From Selaginella moellendorffii (lineage: Eukaryota; Plantae; Lycopodiophyta), in the NCBI RefSeq assembly GCF_000143415.4, contig NW_003314263.1, positions 4,028,519 through 4,092,518 of the forward strand: 64,000 bases of DNA. The letters run 5' to 3'. The notes beneath the pieces are model-generated. The model was given only the letters and a program-made list of their open reading frames with translations. It did no database searches and was not told the origin of the DNA. This document shows positions 1-12,204 of the stretch, piece by piece. A program made the position numbers and the translations under genes. How positions within the stretch are numbered: the stretch's first letter is position 1; every line of letters begins with the position of its first letter.

Positions 1-1557
1 GCTTCCGAACTCTTAAGCAACTGGTGAGGGTTCTGGACAAAGATAGGAGGAAAACTACAACGCATATGCAGGTCTTTAACCCAGGATGGTGAAGGAAAGT
101 CCACCTCAATATTCTTCGCATCATCAGAGCAGTGAGTGAGGTGAAGAAGGGGCTGCTTTGGCCTAGGCGTTGTCTCAAACCTGGAGACTTTGTGGCTCTG
201 CAACGGGACGTGGAGCCAGACAGGGAACAAGTCGGCTTGGGGGCTTAGACACGGGCGTTTATGACCCCAACACCAGCTTGGGAGGATGGCGATGTGGAGG
301 TATGGTTCATTGTGTCTCTTGAACAAAATGTTGGGCATTCTTTTTGGGTTATGAGAGGCGACATGCTGCTGCCAACAGGAGATGAACAAGTCATGCTGAT
401 GGTGACGGATGACGAAGTCAAGGGCAGGATTCGAGTAATACGACAGGCTCCAAAGCAATCAGTGGTGGTTCAATCGTTGGCCACACTAGAGGGGGATGGC
501 ATTCTCCGATGGTGTGACAGCAGCTCATTAAGGATCTGGATTGGGACCCAACAGCATGGAAATGAGGAGTGAGGAGCTTCTTCTCATTTGGAGTCAAAGA
601 AGCAAGGGATGGTCTCTTGACCAGTAGGGAGGAGGCCCGAGGGGAGATCCCCAAACTCTGGAAGAAATGGATCAAGTAAGGAGTTGAAGCAAATCAGGTG
701 GTGGGCAACACACTTGCATTTTGGAAACTACTAGTACAAGAGAAAGTCAAGGCCACTTCTTGGTTGGTGGCAAACAACGGGCTGCCAGTAGGACAGCAAT
801 TCCAAGACGAAGCATGCCAATGATGCGAGTGTGGCGAGCTAAAGACAGCGCGACATGCACTTTGAGAATGTGACGTGGCAAGAGAGGTATGGCGACAGAT
901 CTTCAAAGCAATGCAGGAATTAGGAGACATTCCGGAGTTTGAGGCTTGGAGTAGGGATATCCTCCATTGGTTTGAGGGAGCTAGAGGTCCAGACACTGGT
1001 CCAGCTTGGAGGTGCATTCGCTGTTACGGATGACACGGATGGAACACATAAGTCCAGTGGGATGCGACAGGGGCTGAAGTCGGGATGTCAATCTAGAAGG
1101 CAATGGGCCACGAGTGCTGGTCCATTTGGAGGGCGACAGGAGTGCAGGCACTCTGGGAGGCATAGAACCATTGTCACTTTAATGGGCAACAAACAAAGAT
1201 ATCAGTAGTGGTGGCATTGTGGTGGAGAGTCACTCTTGCAGCAGTGCGTCTTCACTACACCATCCTGAAAAAGCGGGCGAAACTGAGGCAGCTCGAGGAG
1301 TGGAGATCTAAGTGGCTTCCATGCTTCGGCAGATTGGTAGGTGGCGAGATTCGTTGGCAGTGGCACCCCCTGGACTCTGTTCTACGGTCAGCTCATGGGG
1401 GAGACTTGGATATCAACATGATTCAATTAAGATGACCACGTCCACTTCTACTCCAGGTCTAGGTCCAGCTACGACACAAGAGGATCACGTAAAGTAGCTC
1501 ATTGAGAGGGTGGCACGCCCAATTTTTGTATTAGTCCAGGTAATGTACATACACGTT
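1..1557 (+). mobile_element. Decayed L1-type LINE, 3' portion
   Basis: Degenerate C-terminal zinc-finger (CQ*CECGELKTARHAL*ECDVAREVW, ~815-893) with many stops. It is a diverged reverse-complement copy of ~9090-10660. The right boundary is approximate. Confidence 0.7.
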
Positions 1558-1559
1558 CA

Positions 1560-2324
1560 GTGATGTATGGCAAATGCGGCAGCATGGACTGGGCCAGGGA
1601 GGTGTTTGAAAAGATGCACAGCAAGGATGTTGTTTCATGGAACTCTCTCATACTTGGATATGTGGAAAATGGAGATGGCCTGGCAGCCATGGGCTTACAC
1701 GCTAGAATGGATTGTCAGCCAGACTTCACATATGCAGCTGTGATTAAGGCATGTGGAAGCTTGGCTGAACTACAAGCTGGGAAAAAGATTCATGGCAGCA
1801 TGAACAGAGCTGAAGAGTGTTTCAACAACATGCCCTCTCCAGATATAATCTGCTGGAACTCATTGCTGGGAGGATATAGTTCATTAGGAGATTCGACTCA
1901 AGTATTCAGTCTGGTGAAGAAGATTCAGAAGGCTGGGCTTAACATTGATGCCATCACATTCATTTCTATTCGCATGGCTTGCAGCCATGCAGGCCTGGTG
2001 GAAGAGGGGAAACATTACTTCGATTCCATGACAGGATTGGGCATCAGGAAGAGTGTGGAGCACCATAACTGTATAGTCGACATTCTTGGCCGAGCCAACA
2101 GACTTGAAGAAGCACTAGTAGTTGTGAACAGCATGCCAGTTGGAGCTGATGCTGTAACTTGGAGGATTCTGCTCGGATCCTGTAGGAAATGGGGGAACGT
2201 GGAGATTGGCAAGGTTGCATTTGAGGCACTGGTGCAGGCTGTTGGCACAAAGGAAGATGCAAGTGCCTACGTGCTGATGAGTGATCTCTACGGGATCATG
2301 AGTTCTATAGACAAGTTTCTGTAG
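1560..2324 (+). pseudogene. PLS-class PPR protein with E domain, 5'-truncated and internally deleted
   Basis: Motifs MYGKCGSMDWAREVFEKM..DVVSWNSLI, ACSHAGLVEEG, HHNCIVDILGRA, TWRILLGSC and AYVLMSDLY. The ORF starts mid-repeat directly after LINE sequence. KKIHGSMNRAEECF lacks the usual segment between IHG and GSM. Confidence 0.85.
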
Positions 2325-2361
2325 AATTTGGTTCATATTGTTGATTTAAGTTGACAATCGC

Positions 2362-5300
2362 TCACAAAGATTGGGTTGGAGTTGGAGTTGAGTCTTGTCT
2401 TCTTATGGCTTTGACCCATAGAGCCATGAGTTTCACTTTCTCACTGCACCGTCCAGCAAACTTTCGGAAGAAGGAAATTCTGGAAGATATAGTCTCTTCA
2501 ACATCATCTACGATATCCCTAGTCCAAAGCTGTAACCAAAAATCAGAAGAGGGAGAGAAAAGAAAAAGCTTTGCTTGAAGCCAGACCTTTGAAGCAACTC
2601 TGTCCACAAGTCTGCGCAGCAGGAAACCTTCTCCTAATTTTGCGTGCACTGGACCCCAATTTTCCTGAGACAGAGGACTATAATTCGTGCATCAACCACC
2701 ACAGTTTTGAGTTGTACCTTGAGCCAGTTCCAAGCTGTGATACCGTTGGTTATTGTTAACCCGGAGAAGATGTCGGTGACGTTTTGAGGCCGCACCTGAA
2801 GGAAAAGTATGACAAATATACGAACATGGAAGAGTAACGGGACTAACCGCTGGAGATAGTGAAAAATTCAAAGCTTCAACGACGAGGTCAGGGTCGGAAG
2901 ATCCTGCCAGTGTGCCTGGGAATGGCAGTTTCAGCTTAGAGATTTGTAGTTTCAGGAGTGAATGACTTACTCAATGCCAGGTTACGTTCCTCCAACTTAT
3001 CTGAAAATCTGTAAATTTCAAGCAGCTCATCGAATCCATATCGATTACAATCTTTCATCACACTTGCATATGCGGCCTGTGAGAGCAAATTTAGTAAGAC
3101 AAGGCAACATTGGTCAAAGACCATTACCTTCAACATGTTTGACGCCAGGGGGACCATCGCCTTGTTCCTGAATCGCCTCTTGGCTTCCAATATGGTTTTC
3201 TCATGCCCAAGAACCACTAAAGCATGCAAAAGTTCCTCCCTGAGACCGGAATTCGAATGGCTTTCACCTTGAACGGCTTCCCAGCCGAGTTTGCTGGAGA
3301 AACTTGACAATAGTAAAAGGCAAATATTATACAGAGAATAGGGACATACCTGGCTGCGTTTTCCATTAGTCCAACAAGGAATTTACTTACTCTTTCTTTT
3401 GAACTTGGGATTGCAACAGATACCACATCAAGTAAAGAGAGTGCAACCTGCAGTCATGAACGACATTGGGTTTCGTAAGAACTGCAAAAACCAGAAGCTA
3501 CACGTACGGTGATCATATGTGACAAGACGGTGGGATCATCTTCCTGTCTGTAAACCTCCAGGAGCGACAATAAAGCAGACAGGGGCTGTCTTGTGGACTG
3601 GCATAAGGCAAACATATCGTCCAGAACACCTGTAATAGGATTGGTCTGGGGATAATTCTGGTAAAGAAAGACCCGCCTAGTCTATCGACAGGAGAAAGCC
3701 AGCCTGAGGAAATTGAGTCTTTCAAAGCTGTAAGCAGTTGTTCATCATACTCCACGCGATAGAATCCGCTTTGTCCAATGTTAAGTTTCACTACAGTTCG
3801 TGCTGGCAGGCGAACTATACACTTTCTGTCTTTTAGCAATATACTTTGTTGGCAGTTGTAAGATCCCGAAATAAGTTTAACAGGAACTATCCATTGCCCC
3901 TCGGCGGGCTGTCCACTTGCAAGAAACCGAGTCTAGTGCGCGAAAGAAGTTTGCATTTGAGACCAAATATAAAATCTATGAGACAGTCTTACCTGTTCAA
4001 TCTCTAGCTCATGATCATTCAGCATTGTGGCCTTCAAAATTGGATACCCGTTCAGCTTTGTCCAAGAGCACATCAAGTCTTTGATTGGTTTTCCAGTTAC
4101 TTCCTGGATACAATCCCATAAATCGTCTGACTTTGCGTTACTAAAGGCAAATTTCTCCATGTACAGTTGCAAGCCTCTCTGCAGGAGGGAAAAAGAAAAG
4201 AAAAAGATAGAATTCCACTTGTTAACTTAAGGCTAACTACTGACCTGGATATCCGTTAGACCAACATAGTCTTGCAGCATATAAATTAGTGAGGCTCCCT
4301 TGCAATAGCCAATAACATCAAAGACTTCCATGGTTTGACGAGCATGCTGCACTTCCACCTGTGAAAGCCGAGTGTAAAGTAGTATGCTTGATAAAAATTC
4401 AGACTTGAGGTACCTCAACTGGATGAGTTGATTCCAAGGCATCCAACTTGAAAGCATCATACATGATTTCTTTGTGAAATTCCATCCAGATGTTCCAGTC
4501 GGGGAAAAGATAATCGACAGCCATATAACTAATCTGCAAACCACCAGCATTGATCTTAATCTCAACACTATTGAAAGTACATACCCAAGTAGCCATGCCT
4601 TCATTAAGCCAGATATGAGTCCACCATTCTATTGTGACAAGGTTACCAAACCACATGTGCCCAACTTCATGAGCCACGTTTATAGCAACCTGCAAAAATA
4701 CACGGAAAAAATTAGCATCAGTGCACAACGTGCTTCAGATACAATCTCACCTCCTGTTTCTTCAAAGTTGTAGTATTTTCATCTACAAACAAAGCATCAT
4801 CCATAAAAACTATAAGACCAAATTCTTCAAGAGCACCAGCCTTGAATGCTGCAACTGACACAATATCCAGCTTGGGAAGAGGATATTGCAGTTGAAAGAA
4901 TCTGAAGTAAGCATAAACAGAAATGGAAAAAAGGAAAGTGCAGATTACCTTGCATAAAAAGGAAGCACTTTCAGCATTATATCGAATCCGAATTTTGCTT
5001 TCTGCAGCTGTTCAAATCTTGTGTACACTCTCGCCGGAATACCATCATCGGACACACCTTCCAGATGTTCGAATTCACCAATCGCAATAGCGGTTATGTA
5101 GGTTGACATTAGAGGAGATTCTTGAAACTCAACCATCTTGGTGTTCCCGTTTACTACCTCCTGCAGAGCAGGCATAGTGGACAGAACCATGCGATCGACA
5201 GGAACATGAACTTTAAATTTAAAACACGCCTATAAGATGAGGAGAAACAGTCAGAAGATATCGTAAAGATTGTAGTATAGTACCTTAAAGTCTGGTTCAT

Positions 5301-5857
5301 CCCAGCAAGGGAAGCACCTTCGTGCATCAGCAGGCTCAAAAACTGTTACAGCCATGTTTTTCTCAATCCCTCCGCTCTTGTAAGTGCTGTGCAGCGGAAA
5401 AGTTTTCTATTGAAAAATATTGAATACCAGCGTACCTTCGATAAAATGCGTCAAGCTTCTCGTTGAGCAATCCATGATAGTCGATAAACAGAGTTGCTTT
5501 TCCTACATGCAGTTTTTTTTCACCGAAGTCCAACACTAGCAGTTCATTCTCTTGATCGACTGTAGATGCCGCTGGATGAACGATCTGTACAAACTAATGT
5601 GCACATCAAGACAAATTTCAAGCAGAACACTCGAAGGCAGAGAGGAAAACCTCATCGAAATCCTCCACATAGCGCAAACATAGCGATTCAGTCTCCAGAA
5701 TAAGATCCGCAACATTCAGGACAACTTTGGAAACTGGCTCCACAATGTCCAGGAGAATTTGGAGCTTGCCTTTGAATGCACAGGCATCGAGATCCACCCA
5801 TAGCTCCAGCTCATAGCGACGAGGCAGCACAGTTTTGGGCAATCGACTGCTCGCCAT
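2362..5857 (-). CDS. APM1: M1-family (puromycin-sensitive/APM1-like) aminopeptidase, multi-exon with small introns
   Basis: N-terminus RLPKTVLPRRYELEL; FQESPLMSTY; zinc motif VAHEVGHMWFGNLVT...WLNEG; FDVIGYCKGAS; ERAP1_C-like tail ending ...WVKAIRRQDSTPTPTQSL* at 2362. GT-AG introns are visible (exon 1 is 5857-5651). Confidence 0.9.
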
Positions 5858-6557
5858 AGCTGAGCCAGGGAACTTTCTTCCCTCAACTTATATTACAAAC
5901 AGTAAAAACGGATCTGCGGTCAGGATCAAACGGCAGCAGATTGTTTCTTGGGCCCTCATGATTTTTTGTGGACGTGGTATTTGCCGTCGGATGGGCAAAT
6001 ACCACGTTCACCCTCGATCGCGTGGTCCGCAGGGAAAAATCAAGATCGGACGGCTGTGAGGTTTTCACGGCGTGCGCCACATGGTTGCACGAAATCGGGC
6101 ATCTTGGGAATATGCTGCTGTTGAGCTTTTTCATGTGAATCAAAATTGGCTGTCTAGCTTCAAAATTGAAGTGCATCTTCACTGTCCTGATCATTCATGT
6201 GCCAAGTTGTGTGTGCTGCAAATTGAAGGTAAGTCCTGAAAACTAGGATTGAGCTGAGCAGCTGAGTGGGAGACATATTTTCTAAAACTGGCTGAGGTGT
6301 TGAAATTCACCATCAAGGGCGTCAACTTGGATTTTCTGGGTTCCTTGTGGATGAGATTGTTGACCTGGCTTTTGTGATGAGTTGCGTAAAAAATTGGCAT
6401 TAGTGGTTGTAGTAGAGCTTGCAATCCAATAAACAGTTTATTATAAAAGTGAATTTTGGAACTTTTAATTTTGACTTCTTGAAATCAATTTTTTAAGTGT
6501 CTTCAACACCTTGCATTGCACATATTGGTCATTTTTTCAAGAAGTTACAATTAAAGA

Positions 6558-7090
6558 TCTAAAACAAGACTCAAGAGAACAAGGTAGTGGTGTTCATTTG
6601 AACAAAGGCAATGAAGCAGCTGAAGAAGTATAGCAAGCAAGAGCAAAAAATCTACGAGTTGTGTGCTGACTGTTCTTTGCTATTGGAGAGTTGCGTGAAG
6701 GATGTGAGCATCGATGTAAACCATTCTATTATTTCAAACGACAAATCGGTCAAGTGCTAGATTCTTTAGTGGGACGAACTGAAATAGACGGCGGTCCTTC
6801 CACTTCCAATGGATCCCTTTCTGGTTTAAGCAATTCAACATCATTAGACCCCACCTCCTCTTCTGCCATGGTGGCTCCATCTAGCACTTGACCGATTTGT
6901 TGTTTGAAATAACAGAATGGTTTACATCGATGCTCAACACTACACATCCTTCACGCAACTCTCCAGTAGCAAAGAACAGTCAGCACACAACTTGTAGATT
7001 TTTGCTCTTGCCTGCTGTACTTCTTCAGCTGCTTCATTGCCTTTGTTCAAATGAACACCACTACCTTGTTCTCCCGAGTCCTGTTTTAGA
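6558..7090. repeat. Long inverted repeat: arms 6558-6762 and 6879-7090, 116-bp spacer
   Basis: The arms are reverse complements with scattered mismatches and one small indel. Confidence 0.9.
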
Positions 7091-8646
7091 CCCTTACGGC
7101 AATGAAGCAGCTGAAGAAGCAACCAGAAGTTCTTTCCGATCAGAATTGCGGTGAGGGTGGCGGGGAACAAGCATTGTAGTGGATTTGCTTGCAATTGAGG
7201 AGCAATTGACATATGGCGGGTCAGAACTCTTCAACAGCAGGTTCGTCAGCAGCAGATTGCTTGGGAGAATGCGATTTTCAGGTACTGGTCTAGGCTATGT
7301 AGACCAATTAGTGTCTTTTTGAGCAGGAAGTGGATTGTGGGAGTTTTCTCACTACAATTCAAACAGAGAACATGCTGGTATAATCAGAGCTTTATGAAGC
7401 TTTATGTTACTAGCTTGCACCTGTTTTTTGATGCCTCAAAGACTGTCATCACACACACTAGCTTTGTCGCTGTGTGCTGAAATTTCAAAGGATGTTCACA
7501 TAGTGTGGTTTAATTCCATATTAAAGGAATAAGCTGTGAAAACAGACTTTTCTATTTGGAATGAGCTTTAATGTGATGCTTCTTATAAGCTTGGTCACTA
7601 AAGAGGATTATTTAGTATATAATCTGTTCAAACAGATTTATATAAGTCTGGATCCTTGGCTGTCTGCATTTTTACTTTCTCAATTTTTTTGGTGAGCATA
7701 AATCAGTATGTGTATGTTTCAATAATATTGAACTATGGTGTGATTATATTTCACTCATAATTTAATTATTATTGAATACACAGATCAATGTTCTCAAAGG
7801 ACGTGTCAAAGAGATACAGCAAGGGGCCTCGTGACTGCATAACTTGGAGAGGCTTTATGTGGTTTAAGACACTTGAGTATTTGTCTTTTTAAGATTTTGA
7901 AAGCTTGAGATTTTTTCATGCTTAGTATATTAATATGATTTAAATTATTTATGAGTTCTAACCAAATGTTTATGTGAGGTACAGTCTCTATTCTTGGCTT
8001 GTGATTTGTAAGGGGTAAGAAATCTAAATCACTAATATTGAATTTCTACAATAAGGTGGATTTGATGTTTTTATTATTTGCTTATTGTTTTCTAGCAATC
8101 AAAGTAGGAACATATGAAGTACTTTTGTGTATTTACTCCAAAGTACATTATATCAAAAATTTATTTAATATGTAATGTTTAAATTAATTTCTTAATAAGT
8201 TTATTTTCACTTAATTTAAATTATTGCATGCAAATGAAATGTTTAAATGATAAGTGGTTTTTGTTTATTTTACATAAGATTTAGATTATTTACATGAAAG
8301 TGTTATATCTAAATTAAAATGCAAATTAAGAAATATTTTTATTTATGTTGAATTAATACACGATAGTGTGATTATTCAAAATGAATATCAAGTAAAAAAA
8401 ACTAATTTATTTATTGTTTGCTTTGTATTATTGAAAAATAGTGGTTAACAAGTCATAAAAGAAATCGAAATAAATTCATTGAGGATGAGAATTAGCAGCA
8501 AATGACTGAGGTTACAAAATAAGAACTAAAAACATACTCACAACTATAATCTTATTTTATTTATAAAAAGAACACTTCTTCAATGAATTGAAAACAAACT
8601 CTTTGACGATGACAATGTCAATCTTAAACTCAACTTTTGATAATGC

Positions 8647-8745
8647 TTTAGGGTTTAGGGTTTAAAGTCCAACATAAACCCTAAACCCTAAACCTGAAAC
8701 CCTAAACCCTAAGCCCTAAAACCCTAAACCATAAACCTAAAACCT
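8647..8745. repeat. Interstitial telomeric repeats: short TTTAGGG tract then a longer CCCTAAA tract
   Basis: tttagggtttagggtttaaagtccaacataaaccctaaaccctaaa... seen directly. Confidence 0.9.
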
Positions 8746-8759
8746 CAAACAAACCCGGT

Positions 8760-10660
8760 GATGCTGCGATCAGGGGAGATCGATAAACATGTATGTACAC
8801 ATATCCCAATGAGATTAATACAAAAACTAAGTATGCGACCCTCTACATGATCGTTTTGTATCAAAGCTGGACCTAGTGGTGGAGTAGAAGAGGATATGGT
8901 TGTCTCATTCAAATTATGTCGATGTGCAAGTCTCCCGTTTGAGACCATTGTAAAACAGAATCCAAGGGGCACCATTGCCAGTGAATCTCACCACCTACCA
9001 TTCTGTCGAAACACAAGAGGCAATTGGACCTCTAGCTGCCTTGGTTTTGTCCGCTCTTTCAAGATGGCGTAATGAAGCGATAATGCCAGATCGATAAACA
9101 TGTATGTATATTCCCCATGTCCCAATGGGACTAATATGAAAAGTGGGTGTGCTGCCTTCTTAGTAAGTTACTCTATGTGATCCTCTTGTGTTGCAACTGG
9201 ACTTTGTCCTAAAGTAGAAGTGGACATAGTTGTCTCTTTCGAATTGTGTTGATGTCCAAGTCTCCCCCTCAGGCCAAACGTAGAACAGAGTCCAGGGGGC
9301 ACCATTGCCAGCAGGTATTGTGACCTGCCATTCTATTGAAATACAGTAGCCACTTGGACCTCCACTCCTCTAGCTATGTCGGTTTTGCCCGCTCTTTCAG
9401 GATGGTATAATGAAGATGCACCACTGCAAGAGTGAGTCTCCACCATGAAGCCACCTCCACTGAAATCCTCACTTGTTGCCTATCGCAGTGACAATGGTTT
9501 CGTGCCATGGTGCTTGCACTCTTGTCACTCTCTAGATGGACCACCGCTCATGGCCTATTGCCTCCCTAAATGACATCCCAATTTCAGCCCTTGTCACGTC
9601 CCACTGGACTCGCATGCTCCATCTATGTCGTCCTCGACGTTCCAGGCTGGACCAATGCTTGGACCTCTAGCTCCCTCAAACCAGTGGAGGATATCCCAAC
9701 TCTAAACCTCAAACTCCGGAATGTCTCTTAATTCTTGAGTCTCTATGAAAATCTATCGCCATACCTCTCTTACAATGTCACATTCCTATAGTGCATGCCA
9801 CACTGCCTCTAGCTCGCTACACTCCTTGCATTGTCAGTGTGCTTCCTTTTGGAACTGTTATCCTACTAGCAGCCTGTTATTTGCCACCAACCAAGAAGTG
9901 GCCTTAACTTTCTCCTATGCGGGTAATTTCCAAAATGCAAGTGTGTTGTCCACCACCTGGTTAGTTTCAACTCCTTGCTCAATCCATTTCTTCCAAAGCT
10001 TGGGTATCTCCCCTCGGCCTTCTCCCTGCTAGTCAAGAGACCATCCCATGCTTCCTTGACTTCAAACGAGAAGAAGCTCTTTGTTCCTCATTTCTATGTT
10101 GTCGGGTCCCAATCCAAATCTTCGATGAGCTGCTGTCACCACCATCTGAGAATGCCATCCCCCTCTAGTGAGGCCTCCGATTGAACCACACTAGTTGCTT
10201 CAAAGCTTGTCTTACTACTCAAATCCTGTCCTTGACTTCATCATTCGTCACCATCGGGCATGACCTGTTCACCTCCTGCTGGCAGCAGCATATTGCTTCT
10301 CATGACTTGAAAAGGACAACCAATATTCTATTTAGGAAACACAATGAACCACACCTCCACATCACCATCCTCCCAAGCTGGTGTTAGGGCTATAAACATT
10401 CATGTCTAGGCTCCCAAGTTGACTCATTCCTTGTCTGGCTCCACGTCTCATTGTAGAGCCACAAAGTCTCTAGATTTGAGACATCACCTAGGCCAGAGTT
10501 TCCCCTTCTTTGCCTCGCTCACCACTCTAATGATGCAAAGAAGATTGAGGTGGATTTTCCTCCACCGTCTTGGATTAAAGACCTGCATATACCTTGTAGT
10601 CATCTTCATATCCTTGTCTAGAATTGCCACCAGTTTCTTGAGAGTTTGGAAGCCTTCACC
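8760..10660 (-). mobile_element. Decayed L1-type LINE 3' portion with a duplicated 3' end (~8760-9085). It continues at 18756-18950 and 31428-32400
   Basis: Reverse-complement similarity to 1-1557. Interrupted by LTR element A and the Sola-like element. Confidence 0.7.
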
Positions 10661-11656
10661 TATAAGCGACTAAATTTTCCATTCTACTTTAGTCACTTAA
10701 CCACACCTCTGACCACTTGGAGGAGTCTCATTCACAACCTCCATAAGTCCAATCCAGGACTTGGGACTTGCTAGCCCCGAGAATGGCATCCATGCCACTC
10801 AACATTTGCACTTGGTCCAAGTGCTCCACGTGTCCAATCCCATGACCGACACTCAAAGGTACCACCGACATAGCAGCCCGTTACGCTAAGGCCATGCCCA
10901 ATCACCTTTGCCACACTGGTAGTCCAATACCACTTGCATCACCGTCTTGACTCTCCAAGACTAGGCAAGCCATCCGTGAGTGGTCATCTCAGGTCCACTC
11001 CTTAGCATCCTTAGGATGCCCACCGACAAGGGGAATAGCCTTCCCCAATATCCCTCTGTCAGCCCCCACTAAGTCCCTTTCTGCCCTGGCCGTGTTTGCC
11101 AACACTGCCACTGGATCGAGACCCACAGGCCCGACCACTAAGTCCCACGGTCCTCTGGGACTTCCTCACCACACGACTGTGTCCTTGGTCACTACCCCAG
11201 AGGACTGCTCCTCTTCCTTTCCACAGTCTGGGCCTTTGGGACAACATTTCGGAACACCGTGGCCTTACGCGAGCCACCTGGGTACTCTCCCCGCCTTTCG
11301 TCTTTAGGTGCTCTAGCCATGGGCTTAGAGCGAGGTTCCGTTGAGCCACGCCTGGTATCCAAGTAGGTAGTGCCACCCACACTTGGACTGGGAGCATCGG
11401 CCAGTCGATCTCCCGGGGGAACTAGAGCCGGCTCTTGAACACTTCACCAAGCTACCCCGCTTGTCGGTCTGTGTTCACTCTAGTCTTGGACTTCCTAGTG
11501 GGCAGCTCATCACCCAACACTGGTCCGGCCTTCCTGGGCCAAACTGGCCTTTCCTGGCCAAACTGGCTCCACTGCAGTCCTCCCCCTACTATACTTTTGG
11601 AGCTCACCAAACCCCCCAGGGTCTGGGAGACGAACGCTTTGGGCTTTCACCCTCTC

Positions 11657-11778
11657 AGACTCGAACTCGGACTCGGACTCGGACTCAGACTCGGACTCGG
11701 ACTCAGACTCAGACTCGGACTCGGGCTCGGGCTCGGGCTCGGTCTCGGCCTCGGCCTCAGTCTCGTTCTCGGTCCCGA

Positions 11779-11810
<32 letters not shown>

Positions 11811-12204
11811 CCGGTCTCGGTCTCGACTTCGGACTCCATCTTGGACTCCATCTCGGACTCCATCTCGGACTCCATCTCGGGTCCATCTCGGACTCCATCT
11901 CGGGTCCACCTCGGACTCCATCTCGGACTCCATCTCAGGTCCACCTCGGACTCCATCTCGGACTCCATCTCGGGTCCATCTCGGGTCCACCTCGGACTCC
12001 ATCTCGGACTCCATTTCGGGTCCATCTCGAGTCCAACTCGGACTCCATCTCGGACTCCATCTCGGGTCCATCTCGGGTCCACCTCGGACTCCATCTCGGA
12101 CTCCATCTCGGACTCCATTTTGGGTCCATCTCGGGTCCACCTCGGACTCCATCTCGGACTCCATCTCGAACTCCACTTCGGGTCCATCTTGGGTCCATCT
12201 CGGA
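11657..12204. repeat. LTR-internal minisatellite: GGACTC/GGTCTC hexamers and 11-12-mers (GGACTCCATCTC, GGGTCCATCTC)
   Basis: The same array occurs with different unit order and number in each full-length family-A LTR (~17.5-18.5k, 37.0-37.5k, 40.9-41.4k, 44.5-45.0k, 61.3-61.8k). Confidence 0.95.

Noticed and set aside
1-10660. Inverted LINE copies as giant TIRs around the two host genes
   Set aside because: They are clearly diverged LINE remnants, the right copy extends further as a LINE, and no TSD can be assessed.
10782-10799. ATGGCATCCATGCCAC in family-A LTRs resembling the transposon palindrome
   Set aside because: It lacks the 6-nt spacer architecture and occurs once per LTR, so it is likely coincidental.
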